A stretch of DNA of 64,000 nucleotides from Iphione sp. A-MEVVRFRX5 (Eukaryota), in NCBI GenBank assembly GCA_976226885.1, contig OZ320313.1, positions 248,001 to 312,000 on the forward strand. Reading direction: 5' to 3'. Under the pieces are notes generated by a model. That model ran no database searches. It saw only the letters and a list, made by a program, of their open reading frames with translations, and was not told the origin of the DNA. Made by a program: the position numbers and the translations under genes. Numbering within the stretch: the stretch's first letter is position 1; each line of letters opens with the position of its first letter. Positions 37,872 through 50,000 of the stretch are shown in pieces.

Positions 37872-40220
37872 ATGGCCGACTCCAAGCCATGGGCCTCAGA
37901 CTCAGAGGACTCCACTGAGTCTGAATCAGAGGACGAGATTCCCGTCAAGGTGTCTGCTGGTCCCACGTCTCCTGGTCCCTTGTCTCCTGCTGCTGCGTCT
38001 CCCGAACCCGAAGCTTCCAATGCAGAGGAAGGGGCGGCACCAGCGTCTGTAGAGGAACCAGCAAAGGCATCATCAGAGCCTAAAGAGGCTAGTCCAGTAC
38101 CAGAAGAACAGCCGCCCCTAGCTGAGGCTGCTCCACACAAGGGGGAGCCACGTGCAGGAGAAGCCCAACAGGAGGAGGCCGAGGAGGGGCAGGTAGAGGC
38201 GGCTAAAGTAGAAGACATCCCCGCGGCTGAAGCACCCAAAGAGGAGGTGCAGGAGGAAATGCATGAGGTACCCATTGTAGAGGAACCCAAAGAAGATACC
38301 CCTGCTCCAGAGGAAACGCCTAAGGCAGAGGAACAAGTTCAGGACAAGCCAGCTGTGGTGGAGATTCAAACAGAAGGGGCAGATGCCAAAGAAGAGGAGA
38401 TGCCCTCACCAGTTCCTGTGGTGGAAGAACCAGAAGAGGAGACAGAAGCAGCAGAGGTGGAGGTGGCGGAGCCTGCTAAAGAAGAAGTGCCTAAGATAGA
38501 GATTTCAGCAGAGGAAGAAGAGGTAGTTCCAGCTGAGAAACCTACAGAGCCAGAGGAAAAGCCAGCTGAGCCCACTCCAGTAATGGAGGAACCTGTGAAG
38601 GTGGAGGAAGCAGAGGTGGAGGAAGTGAAGGTGGGGGAGCCAGCTACTGACGAACCTGCAGCTGCTGTGGAAGCTGTGCCTGAGGTGAAACCAGCTGTAC
38701 AAGAACCAGCTCCAAGTGAAGAACCTAAAGTAGAAGTGCCAGTAGAAGAAGCTAAAGTAGAATCCGTGGAGGCACTGAGTGAGGAGGCTAATGTAGAAGT
38801 ACCAGTAGAAGAAGCAAAAGTTCAACCCCCGGAGGCACCAAGTGAGGAAGCTAAAGTAGAAGTACCAGTAGAAGAAGCTAAAGCTGAACCCCCAGAGGCA
38901 CCAAGTGAGGAAGCTAAAGTAGAAGTACCAGTAGAAGAAGCTAAAGCTGAACCCCCAGAGGCACCAAGTGAAGAAGCTAAAGTAGAAGTACCAGTCAAAG
39001 AAGCTCCCAAGGCAGAGGTTCCTGAACCTATAGCTGAACCTGTCCCCGAGGTTACTGCAGAACCAACGGCTGCAGAAGAAGTTCCTAAACAAGAGGAGGA
39101 AAAGGTTGAAAAGGCTGAAGAAGTAAAAGTGGAGGAAGCTGTCCCTGCAGCCGAAGCTGCTGATATTGAAGTACCAGTTCAGGTGGAGAATGAGGAGGTA
39201 TCTCCACCACCCTCACCTGAGGACAGGGCTTCTCCAGACGAAGAAAGGAAGAAGAAAAAGAGGGAAAAGAAAGAAAAGAAAGAGAAAAAGGAAAAGAAGA
39301 AAAAGGACCGGGAAGAGGTGGAGGAAGTAGAAGCAGGTGAACCGGAGGTTGTAGCGTTTGTTGCGGCACCAGTGGAGGTCAAAGTTGAGACTGCGGCTTC
39401 TGATGAGGTGGCATTAGTATCCACTCCACAACCAGTTGCAACGGAGGAGAGCAAGCCGGAAGAGGTAACCTTGGAAACCGTCGAGACGTCCCCGGAGAAA
39501 CCAGCCCTTGAGGCAGCGGAAGTGGCAGAGGCCACACCTGAAGAGGAAGTAGCGCCAGTTCCGGCGGAAGTCAAGGAAGCCGTCGAAGAGGTCAAGGCGG
39601 AGGAGGCGCCAGCACAGGAAGTTCCGGCTGCCGTTCCAGGTGTTGGCTTGGAGCCCGGTGCTGCCATCTGTGAAGTGACCGCCGAAGCTGCTGCTACCGC
39701 CGCCGCTGCCACCGACGTTCCGGAGGAGATAGAGCGGGTAGAGAAAGCCGAGGGGGAGGGAGCCTTCCACCAACTCAAGAAGATCCTCCAAGAAGACAAC
39801 GGACCAGCAGCAGCGATGGCGGCCGGAGGCGGGGGTGGTGCAGCGGAAGCAGGAACAGGAGTCCCGGAACCAACCAGCGACGCCCAGCGGGCAGCGGCGG
39901 AAGCTGCGGCAGCGGCCACTCTGGAGGACTACGGGGAGGTGGAGAAGGAGAAGGGTGGCCATGTTTACCGGGGCTGCGCACGCTTCATGAAGAAGGAGGG
40001 TGTTCCACTTAGCGCAGGGGGCATCCAGGTGCGAAGCCTGGTGGATCGTCAGGAATATTTGTACGACATGCTCAGCGTTCTGCGGTACCAACTCCACGAG
40101 GCAGACGCTGACCTGAGGGGGCTGAAGGCAGCTGTGTACCCGACCCTCTTCCACCCAACTCTACCCAACCGCTACTACATGCACGCCCAGCTCAAGACAA
40201 AGAGGAAGGCACAAGATTGA
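37872..40220 (+). CDS. Single-exon ORF for a 782-aa Glu/Pro/Ala/Lys/Val-rich, probably disordered protein with a C-terminal globular segment of about 95 aa
   Basis: 2.35-kb uninterrupted ORF; ATG in good context (GAAATGG); acceptor-like TTCCAG just upstream (possible 5' UTR intron); AATAAA near 40606. Family not recognised. Confidence 0.85.
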   Translation: MADSKPWASDSEDSTESESEDEIPVKVSAGPTSPGPLSPAAASPEPEASNAEEGAAPASVEEPAKASSEPKEASPVPEEQPPLAEAAPHKGEPRAGEAQQEEAEEGQVEAAKVEDIPAAEAPKEEVQEEMHEVPIVEEPKEDTPAPEETPKAEEQVQDKPAVVEIQTEGADAKEEEMPSPVPVVEEPEEETEAAEVEVAEPAKEEVPKIEISAEEEEVVPAEKPTEPEEKPAEPTPVMEEPVKVEEAEVEEVKVGEPATDEPAAAVEAVPEVKPAVQEPAPSEEPKVEVPVEEAKVESVEALSEEANVEVPVEEAKVQPPEAPSEEAKVEVPVEEAKAEPPEAPSEEAKVEVPVEEAKAEPPEAPSEEAKVEVPVKEAPKAEVPEPIAEPVPEVTAEPTAAEEVPKQEEEKVEKAEEVKVEEAVPAAEAADIEVPVQVENEEVSPPPSPEDRASPDEERKKKKREKKEKKEKKEKKKKDREEVEEVEAGEPEVVAFVAAPVEVKVETAASDEVALVSTPQPVATEESKPEEVTLETVETSPEKPALEAAEVAEATPEEEVAPVPAEVKEAVEEVKAEEAPAQEVPAAVPGVGLEPGAAICEVTAEAAATAAAATDVPEEIERVEKAEGEGAFHQLKKILQEDNGPAAAMAAGGGGGAAEAGTGVPEPTSDAQRAAAEAAAAATLEDYGEVEKEKGGHVYRGCARFMKKEGVPLSAGGIQVRSLVDRQEYLYDMLSVLRYQLHEADADLRGLKAAVYPTLFHPTLPNRYYMHAQLKTKRKAQD
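38716..39010 (+). repeat. In-frame 63-nt coding repeat (EEAKVEVPVEEAKAEPPEAPS), about 4.5 copies
   Basis: Visible in both DNA and protein. Confidence 0.9.
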
Positions 40221-43200
40221 AGCTTGTAACGAAGGACTCATCCCCTCACAAGACAACCGCTCCCTCCACTAATGCCCCCTCCACTAGAAGCAACTAGGAG
40301 CCATTTTAATAACTAGGTAAAAAACATAGCAACCATGAGTCAATGACAATTTACTACACAATACGACAAACGCTACTGATGAAACCTTAGTCAATGTACC
40401 GAATTGAAAACTATAAATCAGACGAGGGCGCAACCTCTAGAACTGAGGAACCCATATTTTATACTTGATTCCCATGGCTGCTAATTTATAGATGATATGG
40501 TAAATCCTTAGATAGACTTTGTTTCCTTATATGGTCCCTGACTCCTCATAAGTATGGATATATCCCACGACCAACGCCACTTTTACCTTCCAATCTCTAA
40601 ATATAAATAAAAGAAAAAGTTTATATTTTAATCATTTGGGCTTCCCTCCACACTCAAAGGATATTCCTACTATGCCCTGAAGATCCAACCCAGTTCAGCC
40701 CCTCCCACACCCCGCGTGTATTCATGAGTACTCGGGTGGTACAGATGGTGATGAGGCGGCGTCTACATCCTTCTACAGCTTCGACTCACTAGAGTGACAC
40801 CTTCGGAGAACTTCTTGTAAACATGACAGATGTCCCCAGAAATGAATTTTACTAATTTCGTAGAGGTACGCTGTTATCTGTTGGATGTGCATTTGATATC
40901 TTGTACAAACATTAATGAAGACAGAATTTCTCAGTGCCCCAAGATTGATGCAAAGTTTAGGTTAATTTCTTGTCTAAAAGAAATTTATGTATTAGGGCGC
41001 CCTCCAATGGAGCAGGGGGGGGGGTGCTCCACCAGCAGCCCATAGGACTATAAATAGAAACCTGGAGCTGCTCACTCTGCATCATGGAGTATTAAATGCT
41101 GTTGGCTCAGACATGGTAGTCTTCTCATTCATAAGGGTAGGTATGGAGGAGAAAACAGGTGAACCTCCTTTCGATACTGAGTTCAAAGCTAAACTTGATG
41201 GGTTACACAACTAAGTGGGCAGTTAAGAATTAAAGCCAAAACTGTCTGGTCCCATTGTTGGTGGTCGAATTCTGAGTTGTTTGTGTATGTATAAAGCCTT
41301 TCGTGGGTGTAAGCGCAGTCATGGTTCGTCATACTGTAAACCCTCAGCCTTTTGTTGTATTATATATTTATATATATCACTAGTCATTTGTCTTGCACAT
41401 TATTTATGATATTGTATGTCTGTGATCCTTTCCCTGTTGTCGCTACTCCTGATTTCCTGCATGAACTAATTGTGAACGAACTTTCAGCTTTCCAGGGGCT
41501 GAATGTATGTGTGTTCTGTGTTGATGTGAATTGTTACTGTGAAGGTTTATTTTAAACTATCTTGATATGAAAATAAAAAACACTAAATTTAAAACAATTT
41601 GCAACAGCATACAACAGTGTGTATATACCAAGAGGTGCTGAAGGGTAAGCAGAAAGAATGCTTAAAAACAAAGATTTTTGGAGGAATTCTGTGTATCATG
41701 AGTTAGAGCTAGTCATCACTGGCACACATTCAGCTGACAAACGTGGCTATATCTGACTATGGCAGGGACTCAAAGTAAGAAAAGATCTATGCAGATATTC
41801 ATACTGCGTCGAATGATTCAATGTGCACGATCATATCCATCAAAATTTAATAAAATCATTTGAACATCCAGTGGTAAGCTTTGTCCATTACAAAACTATT
41901 GATGTATTGCCAAATACACTTGTATCTATACAAATGTATATCAAACAAGGGTTAAGTATGAAGACCTTTCTATATCAAGAACAGTATTAAAGAAATCCAT
42001 ACTTTATATATTTTGTATACAAATCTAAATTAAATGCTAACTAAGTAAAAATTTGGTTGTGTATTTTTCAGGGTTCACAGTGTGATTCAATGGATAATTT
42101 AGACCTTACTTGAAATATTCATTTAATGATAAGGACCCAAACATATGATACCAAAGGATACTGTTTTTCTCTTTCTCAACATTAGAGCACAATAAATCAG
42201 TGGTAAGTTTTCATCTGGAAACAGTTTAATTTTCAATAGTATTTTATGAATAAGGAAACCTGAACAGTACAATATTTATATCTTCCTACTTTCCAGTGCA
42301 TCTACATGCAGTGGATTTATACAGGGGTTTCTACAGATATACTGGTTCATTTCTAAACTGTCTACTTCTGTATGTCCTAAAAGTATCTGTAATTAATACA
42401 CTGTAGTATGAAGCTGTCATCCAATGAAAATGATAAATCAATAAAGGGTTTACTCGTAACTCTAAATACATATGTACTTCACACTGCCTTTTCATATACA
42501 ATAGAAGCACAGCATTGGGCCATCTCAGGACAAGGACCACCTCTTTAATCAGGACTGACATTGCCACAGTCAAGCTTTTATATATAATGTGGCGAGTATA
42601 GCACTATGCCCTATGAGCCATGATCCAATACCTGTGATCCATGATCTGTAATTCTTTACCGCGGATCATGGTGTGCAATAGAAGATTGTGCAGTATGTGA
42701 ACTGCACAAATAGTGGTTATTTTTAACACTGACGTGCTATTTATATCATAGATTATGTAATCCAGTTAAGAGCTCTAGTATATGAGAGGGTAAAATTTTA
42801 TTTTCTCAGAAAAAAGGAGCTCCACATCCTTGGCACATTTAAATAGTTTATTTACCTCCATAACTTGGGATACCACATAAATGACACTTTCACTGGGAAG
42901 CAGGGGTGAGCCCATAAGTGGGCTTTCACTGTATCTGAACTTCATCAGTACGGCCCTCTTCAAGCCAACCTAACCACTGTGAATAATGCCTTTAAAATTT
43001 GAATATTTGTGTGATCAGCTCAACACATAAGATTGATATGCATATTCTTAACAAAAAATGTATAACTGTGACAGAAAAGTCAACCAACAGGGTTCAAGAT
43101 CAGGCTCCAGTTCGAGATCAGACTCCAGTTCAGAGTTCAAGATAAACCCTCACACAGTGGCCGATTGATGACGGTATTGGGTATGGGCCATTTACAGGAC

Positions 43201-43930
43201 CTGGGTGATCAATTTATGACAAGCCAAGTTCAAACCCTATACTTGTTGTCTGTGAAGTAGTATCTCTGATGTCAGTCAAAGTGTAAATTGTAACATTGGC
43301 CAATGTTTTTCTTGTGTTATGAATAGATACATATATACTGGCAAACCTTTCTATTTTGAAGGTAATTATATGGTACCAGTAACTGATTATTGACACTCAA
43401 TGATTCAATATTCCAGATGTTTCACTACTTCAAAAAGAGCACTTATAATCAATATAGATATGAAGTAACAGGCTTTGCCTCAATAGACCCATGGATTTTC
43501 TCTAGTGTATTGATCATGGTTGTGAAATCGTAGGAAAAACCTGAAAATAGCCGATGGTTTCTGTTTCTTCAGTGTTTCTCCGTTCTTTTTTTCAAGCTGT
43601 TTCCACCTTTGTGTTTGCTCTTATCTTAAGACAGGCTAACTGTACTATTAATTATTGAAGAACCAGCATGTGTAAATAATAAAAGCTATATATTATCACA
43701 GTTATTATTCCATGCTCATGCAGTGCACAAGCAAAGTATAACACCTATGGGGCATTGGTATGTGTAGCAAATATGGTATGGCTAAGGTGTGACCATATTT
43801 TACTATTTCAGACCAAAAATTTACAAATGATATAGAAGATAATATCATATAATAAAGACAGGAATACCTTTTATACTAATGAATGAAGATGTTTCTCTCT
43901 TACATGGAACTGTGGTTGTTTTGTTGCATT

Positions 43931-44808
43931 TTAGTTTTCTAAACATTTCTCACGTTTTGACCAAAGCTCATATAGTGTTTCAGGAGGATATCGTTGGAAG
44001 TGAAGAGAATACAGTGGATGTGCCATCTTACATGGATCAATACCTTTCCAATAAGTAAATCCTGATACATCACGTGTATGGCCACCTACCTTATCCACAC
44101 AAAAGCTGACATGGACATCATCAAGACCTGGCTGCCAAGCTACATATGGTGAAATACGGAGAACTTGGCGGGTCAGTTCCAGTGTTAAACCAAAGTGATT
44201 TCCAGAGCAGAAAACTGCGGCAACTGCAGGAGGCCATCGCTCATGAGGGACATAATGTCTTGATTTTTTATTACGTTTTATCAGTGTATTTTTGTGACAT
44301 GCACCCCACAGTGCCATTGGATCCTTGTTCATTTGTTTGATCAATTCAAGAACTTTTGGCACATTAACATAGGCATCATCAGACACTTTCATTACCTGTT
44401 GTACACCTGTGCAATGATCTACAGCCCATTGGAAGCCCATTAGCATTTGAATAACCATACCCTCCCGATATGTACTATTAAAGCTATCTTGGAGTATATC
44501 TTGGTGTATTTGTGCTTCTTTGGCAAGTTGCTTCTCAGCCTCTAGGTTACCAGTAGGATCCTTACCAAAAAGAAACAATAACCTTGCCCTCCCAGTATTA
44601 TTCTGTGTGTAAGAGCCCCATGTAGCACGAATCATTTTCAAATAGTGCAGGCGGTGATGGCTGGTTGTCATTATTATAAGTAGTTCTGGTGGGTGTCCAC
44701 TGGATGAAGGTGAGCACAATTGTGGATGAGGGCTGATCAGTCGATCATAATGATGCTCAAAACCTCTGTCACACATGCCAACTGTAAAGGTCCACTTATC
44801 CAAGAGTG
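43931..44808 (-). CDS. GT31-family beta-1,3-glycosyltransferase (B3GALT-like), catalytic exon; N-terminal TM exon not located
   Basis: IRATWG, LLFLFG, DILQDSF, FQWAVDHC, MKVSDDAYVNV, FCSG, DDVHVSFC motifs. Acceptor TTGCAG at 44809-44814 (phase 1). Confidence 0.9.
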
Positions 44809-45696
44809 CTGCAATGAACAAATGATGTCATATTAATAATCCAAGCTATGTATGCTCACAGATAATGGCGATTTTTTGTGGGGGGGAATATTTTTCTTAC
44901 CTGGCTCTTTATCTCTATAAAGATATATCCTATAACAAAAATTGTCTTATAAAGAAAGACAGAGGATTTACATTTAATAGAATCAGTGAGGTCATCTGAT
45001 GATATTCATCCAGTCAGATCAAATTAATAGTTTGTTATCACGTAATGTTCTTTAGACTTGCTAGTTGACCACACAGTACTATGCAAGATTCCAGCCCATA
45101 GGTATAAGCCTGCATCAAGAGTTTGGCAAAGCAACCAGCTAAGAGACTTTTGACCACCGCAAAAATATGACACCCTAATCTGCAGTTCCATAAAAGAAGC
45201 TGATGTTAATCAAGTTTCAGATTTTTGTGATAAAAATGGAAGATGTGTCATGGAGATTAATTACACATGCCCAATTATCTTAAAGGGAAACTTGCAATAA
45301 GTCATACCACCATATGTCAAATTTTAAACATTTATCTATTGAAACTATTAAAATACAGACCAGTGACAAATGATTTTGTGGTAGAGACAAAGACAGTTTC
45401 CAGCAGGACACTTAAAGTGTTCAAACCTACACTCAAGGCATCATCTTTCTCATATATCAAGAGAAGACAGTCCATATTCCTTATAACTTAATCAAAGGCA
45501 TAAGATCAGCTCAGATATAATTGGTATAATTTACACTATATATAAAACGTTACATGAAAGTAGTTCAGGACATGGGAAGGAGGTCTCACTACTGTAAATT
45601 CTATGGAACCTCATGTATTCCTGTGTGAATTGGTTGTTGACTGTATATATCTCTAATTTTGGTTAACCACTACCAAGACAGAGAGAGAGAGAGACG

Positions 45697-45731
<35 letters not shown>

Positions 45732-46008
45732 TGTCTTCCTAAAGGATGAGGAAAGATGATGAGAAACATGGCAGAGGAGGCAACTTTACAAGGGATAAAG
45801 ACAAACCCTTCTGTCAGGAAGATATCCTGTACCTTACATGTTGGTGGGCCTCCCTTTATGGTGGCCCAATGTTCAGGAGACACAAATCACTCTCTAGTAA
45901 CCAAGGAGAGGACATCACTTGCAGCAGCAGAAGCCCCTTCAGACCAGCACACAATCAAAACTGTCACCTAGGAGGTAGATATATGTAAATTGTGATTACA
46001 CAATAAAA

Positions 46009-46646
46009 CTAATTAAAATTGCTTCCAAATCTTCTACTTCCAGAGCAGAAAACTGCGGCAACAGCAGGAGGCCATCGCTCATGTGGGACATAATGTCTAG
46101 ATGTTTTGTTACGTCTTATAAGGACATCACTAGGACATTGACCCCACAGTGCCATTGGATCCTTGTTCATCTGTTTGATCAACTCAAGAACTTTTGGCAC
46201 ATTAACATAGGCATCATCAGACACTTTCATTACCTGTTGTACACCTGTGCAATGATCTACAGCCCATTGGAAGCCCATTAGCATTTGAATAACCATACCC
46301 TTCCGATATGTACTATTAAAGCTATCTTGGAGTATGTCTTGGTGTATTTGTGCTTCTTTGGCAAGTTGCTTCTCTGCCTCCTGGTTACCAGTAGGATCCC
46401 TACCAAAGAGAAACAACAACCTTGCCCTCCCAGTATTATTCTGTGTGTAAGATCCCCATGTAGCACGAATCATTTTCAAATAGTGCAGGCAGTGATGGCT
46501 GGTTGTCATTATTATAAGTAGTTCTGGTTGGTTTCCATTAGGTGAAGGTGAGCACAATTGTGGATGAGGGCTTATCAATCGATCATAATGATGCTCAAAA
46601 CATCTGTCACACATGCCAACTGCAAAGGTCCACTTATCCAAGAGTA
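46009..46646 (-). pseudogene. 3'-truncated tandem copy of the GT31 gene
   Basis: Near-identical protein up to FCSG, then joins the upstream flank of copy 1 at TTCCA (46038-46042) and stops. Lacks the DDV motif and the C-terminus. Confidence 0.85.
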
Positions 46647-47006
46647 CTACAATGAAAAAATATATATATATATATATAAATATATAGAAAAGATATATCA
46701 TATCAAAAAAATCAAAAAATAACTTGTCTCATAAAGGGAGACAGAGTTTATACTTTTTATGGAATCAGTGAGGTCGTCTGATTATATCAGCCATGTCAGA
46801 TCAAATTAATAGTTTGTTATCACATAAAGTTGCTTGAAATGACTCAGTTTGGCAAATAAAGCTGATATTTACCAAGTTACAGTTGTTTCTGATAAATATA
46901 GAAATTATTTGCAAATCACAAATATCTTAAAGGGAGACTTGGAAGCAGTCATACCATCATGTGTCAAATTTTGATGAAACATTTATCTAGTCAAACTTGT
47001 TAAAAT

Positions 47007-50000
47007 AAAGACTACTGACAAGGAGACCACTATTTTACATAACCCTCTCAATTTGCAGTAGGACACTAAAAATGTTAAAAATACACTCAAGGCATCTTCC
47101 TTCTTATATCTCAACAGAAGGCACTCCATACATCTTATCAATAATTTACAGGCATAAAAGCAGCTCAGTTATTTTGTATTTTTACACTTCATACATAAAA
47201 CATTGCTGGAAAGTAGTTCTGGCCATGGGAAGTAGGTCTCAGTACTTTAAATTCTATGGAACCTCATGTATCCCTATGCTGATTTGTTGTTGACAGTATA
47301 AACCTCTGATTTTTGTTAACCACTACAGAGACAGGGAGAGGGATAGTCAGATAGACAGTCTTGGTAACATGACAGAGAAGACTGCTTTAGGTGGGAAAAA
47401 GACAAACCCCTCAGTCAGAAAGACATCCTGTACATTACATGTAGGTGTTCCACTATTTATGTTTGATCAACGTTCATGAGACAAATCACTCTATAGTCCT
47501 AATGTAATCAAATGCCTCTTACCATCAACAAAAAATAATCTACTCCATATTGGCTAAGAAGACGACACTAAGTGTAGCATCAGTAGCCCCATCAGACAAA
47601 CACACGGTCAAAATTTTCACTGGGGAGGTAGAAATGTGCAAGCTATATTTCCATAACACCACTGAATAAAATTACCCACTAATCTTCTACTTCCACCCTT
47701 ATATACAGGATGAAGTGGGTGAATCAGTAAAAGACATCCAAATTCAAATTGTATATGCACTTCCAGAACTGATTCTACCAATGGATCATGATGGTAATTG
47801 ACAGATGACTAAAATCCAGGAAGGGGACAATTTATCTTAATCCCAGTTTGAAAAATTATTTCCTATCATAATTCACATTCAAGGCATGTTACATTCATCC
47901 AAATAGTCTTCTAGATGTATACTTTGTATAGTTCCCACTGCTTTATCCACGTAGCTCATGCTAACAATGAATCTAAGTCAGTGTCCATACAAAGGCAGCA
48001 ATTAAACTGACTGGTCACTGGCAATTCTTTTCAAACAGCACTTTTAATATAAACAAATTGACAAAATATTATTTCCTCAATATATCCTTTAGATGCTTTG
48101 CAATGAGCTTCCTATAGGATGTGTACTCCTCCACTGCCTCTGCTGAAATGCTTGATGATATTGTTAAGCACTGTGATCACTTAAATGCCTTTAAAATATA
48201 TCCCATTACCATAAAGAATTTTGCTGTACTTTACAAATATACCATTTGACATAAACAACAGGCATTTAACCAAGTAATCCAAAGAATCAGTTGTATGACC
48301 ATTACATATAATGGGTTCAATTACCTCACACCCACCTGGACTGCATCACTGGTCTTTTGCCACACTTATTGCTCTTTTTCCAATAAACTCTTTGATGGGC
48401 TGCACCAAACAGCACAAAATTAGGGGCTAAGCAGATAATCAAATCAGCCTCCAGAATCGACATATCACTAGCAATACCTCCCACCCAAACAGTGTAGGTA
48501 GATTTATTATCTGATCTCACCACCTGCCCTATGGATTAGTTAAGAACAACCCTTACAGGTTATCCACTCCTCTTACTAACAAACCTTAGTCATTTGATTA
48601 TTAACATATGTTTATATCTTTCTACATGCTATATCATCAATACAAAACATTATTATCCTGGTCAATCAATTGACTAGTGTGTCATGAATGCAACAGCCTG
48701 AACTTGAATATATACCAAGCTAATCATTAAACAAAGGTATAATGTTTGAATTTATAGCCCAACATGACATTTGAATATTAAGTCCAACACAGACTACTGA
48801 CAAGTCCAACAAAGACTACTGACAAGGAGACCACTATTTTACATAACCCTCTCAATTTGCAGTAGGACACTAAAAATGTTAAAAATACACTCAAGGCATC
48901 ATCCTTCTTATATCTCAACAGAAGGCACTCCATACATCTTATCAATAATTTACAGGCATAAAAGCAGCTCAGTTATTTTGTATTTTTACACTTCATACAT
49001 AAAACATTGCTGGAAAGTAGTTCTGACCATGGGAAGTAGGTCTCAGTACTTTAAATTCTATGGAACCTCATGTATCCCTATGCTGATTTGTTGTTGACAG
49101 TATAAACCTCTGATTTTGTTAACCACTACAGAGACAGGGAGAGGGATAGTCAGATAGACAGTCTTGGTAACATGACAGAGAAGACTGCTTTAGGTGGGAA
49201 AAAGACAAACCCCTCAGTCAGAAAGACATCCTGTACATTACATGTAGGTGTTCCACTATTTATGTTTGATCAACGTTCATGAGACAAATCACTCTATAGT
49301 CCTAATGTAATCAAATGCCTCTTACCATCAACAAAAAATAATCTACTCCATATTGGCTAAGAAGATGACACTAAGTGTAGCATCAGTAGCCCCATCAGAC
49401 AAACACACGGTCAAAATTTTCACTGGGGAGGTAGAAATGTGCAAGCTATATTTCCATAAAACCACTGAATAAAATTACCCACTAATCTTCTACTTCCACC
49501 CTTATATACAGGATGAAGTGGGTGAATCAGTAAAAGACATCCAAATTCAAATTGTATATGCACTTCCAGAACTGATTCTACCAATGGATCATAATGGTAA
49601 TTGACAGATGACTAAAATCCAGGAAGGGGACAATTTATCTTAATCCCAGTTTGAAAAATTATTTCCTATCATAATTCACATTCAAGACATGTTACATTCA
49701 TCCAAATAGTCTTCTAGATGTATACTTTGTATAGTTCCCACTGCTTTATCCACGTAGCTCATGCTAACAATGAATCTAAGTCAGTGTCCATACAAAGGCA
49801 GCAATTAAACTGACTGGTCACTGGCAATTCTTTTCAAACAGCACTTTTAATATAAATAAATTGACAAAATATTATTTCCTCAATATATCCTTTAGATGCT
49901 TTGCAATGAGCTTCCTATAGGATGTGTACTCCTCCACTGCCTCTGCTGAAATGCTTGATGATATTGTTAAGCACTGTGATCACTTAAATGCCTTTAAAAT

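Noticed and set aside
37831-40154. Antisense and alternative-frame ORFs over the Glu-rich gene
   Set aside because: Shadows of biased codon usage.
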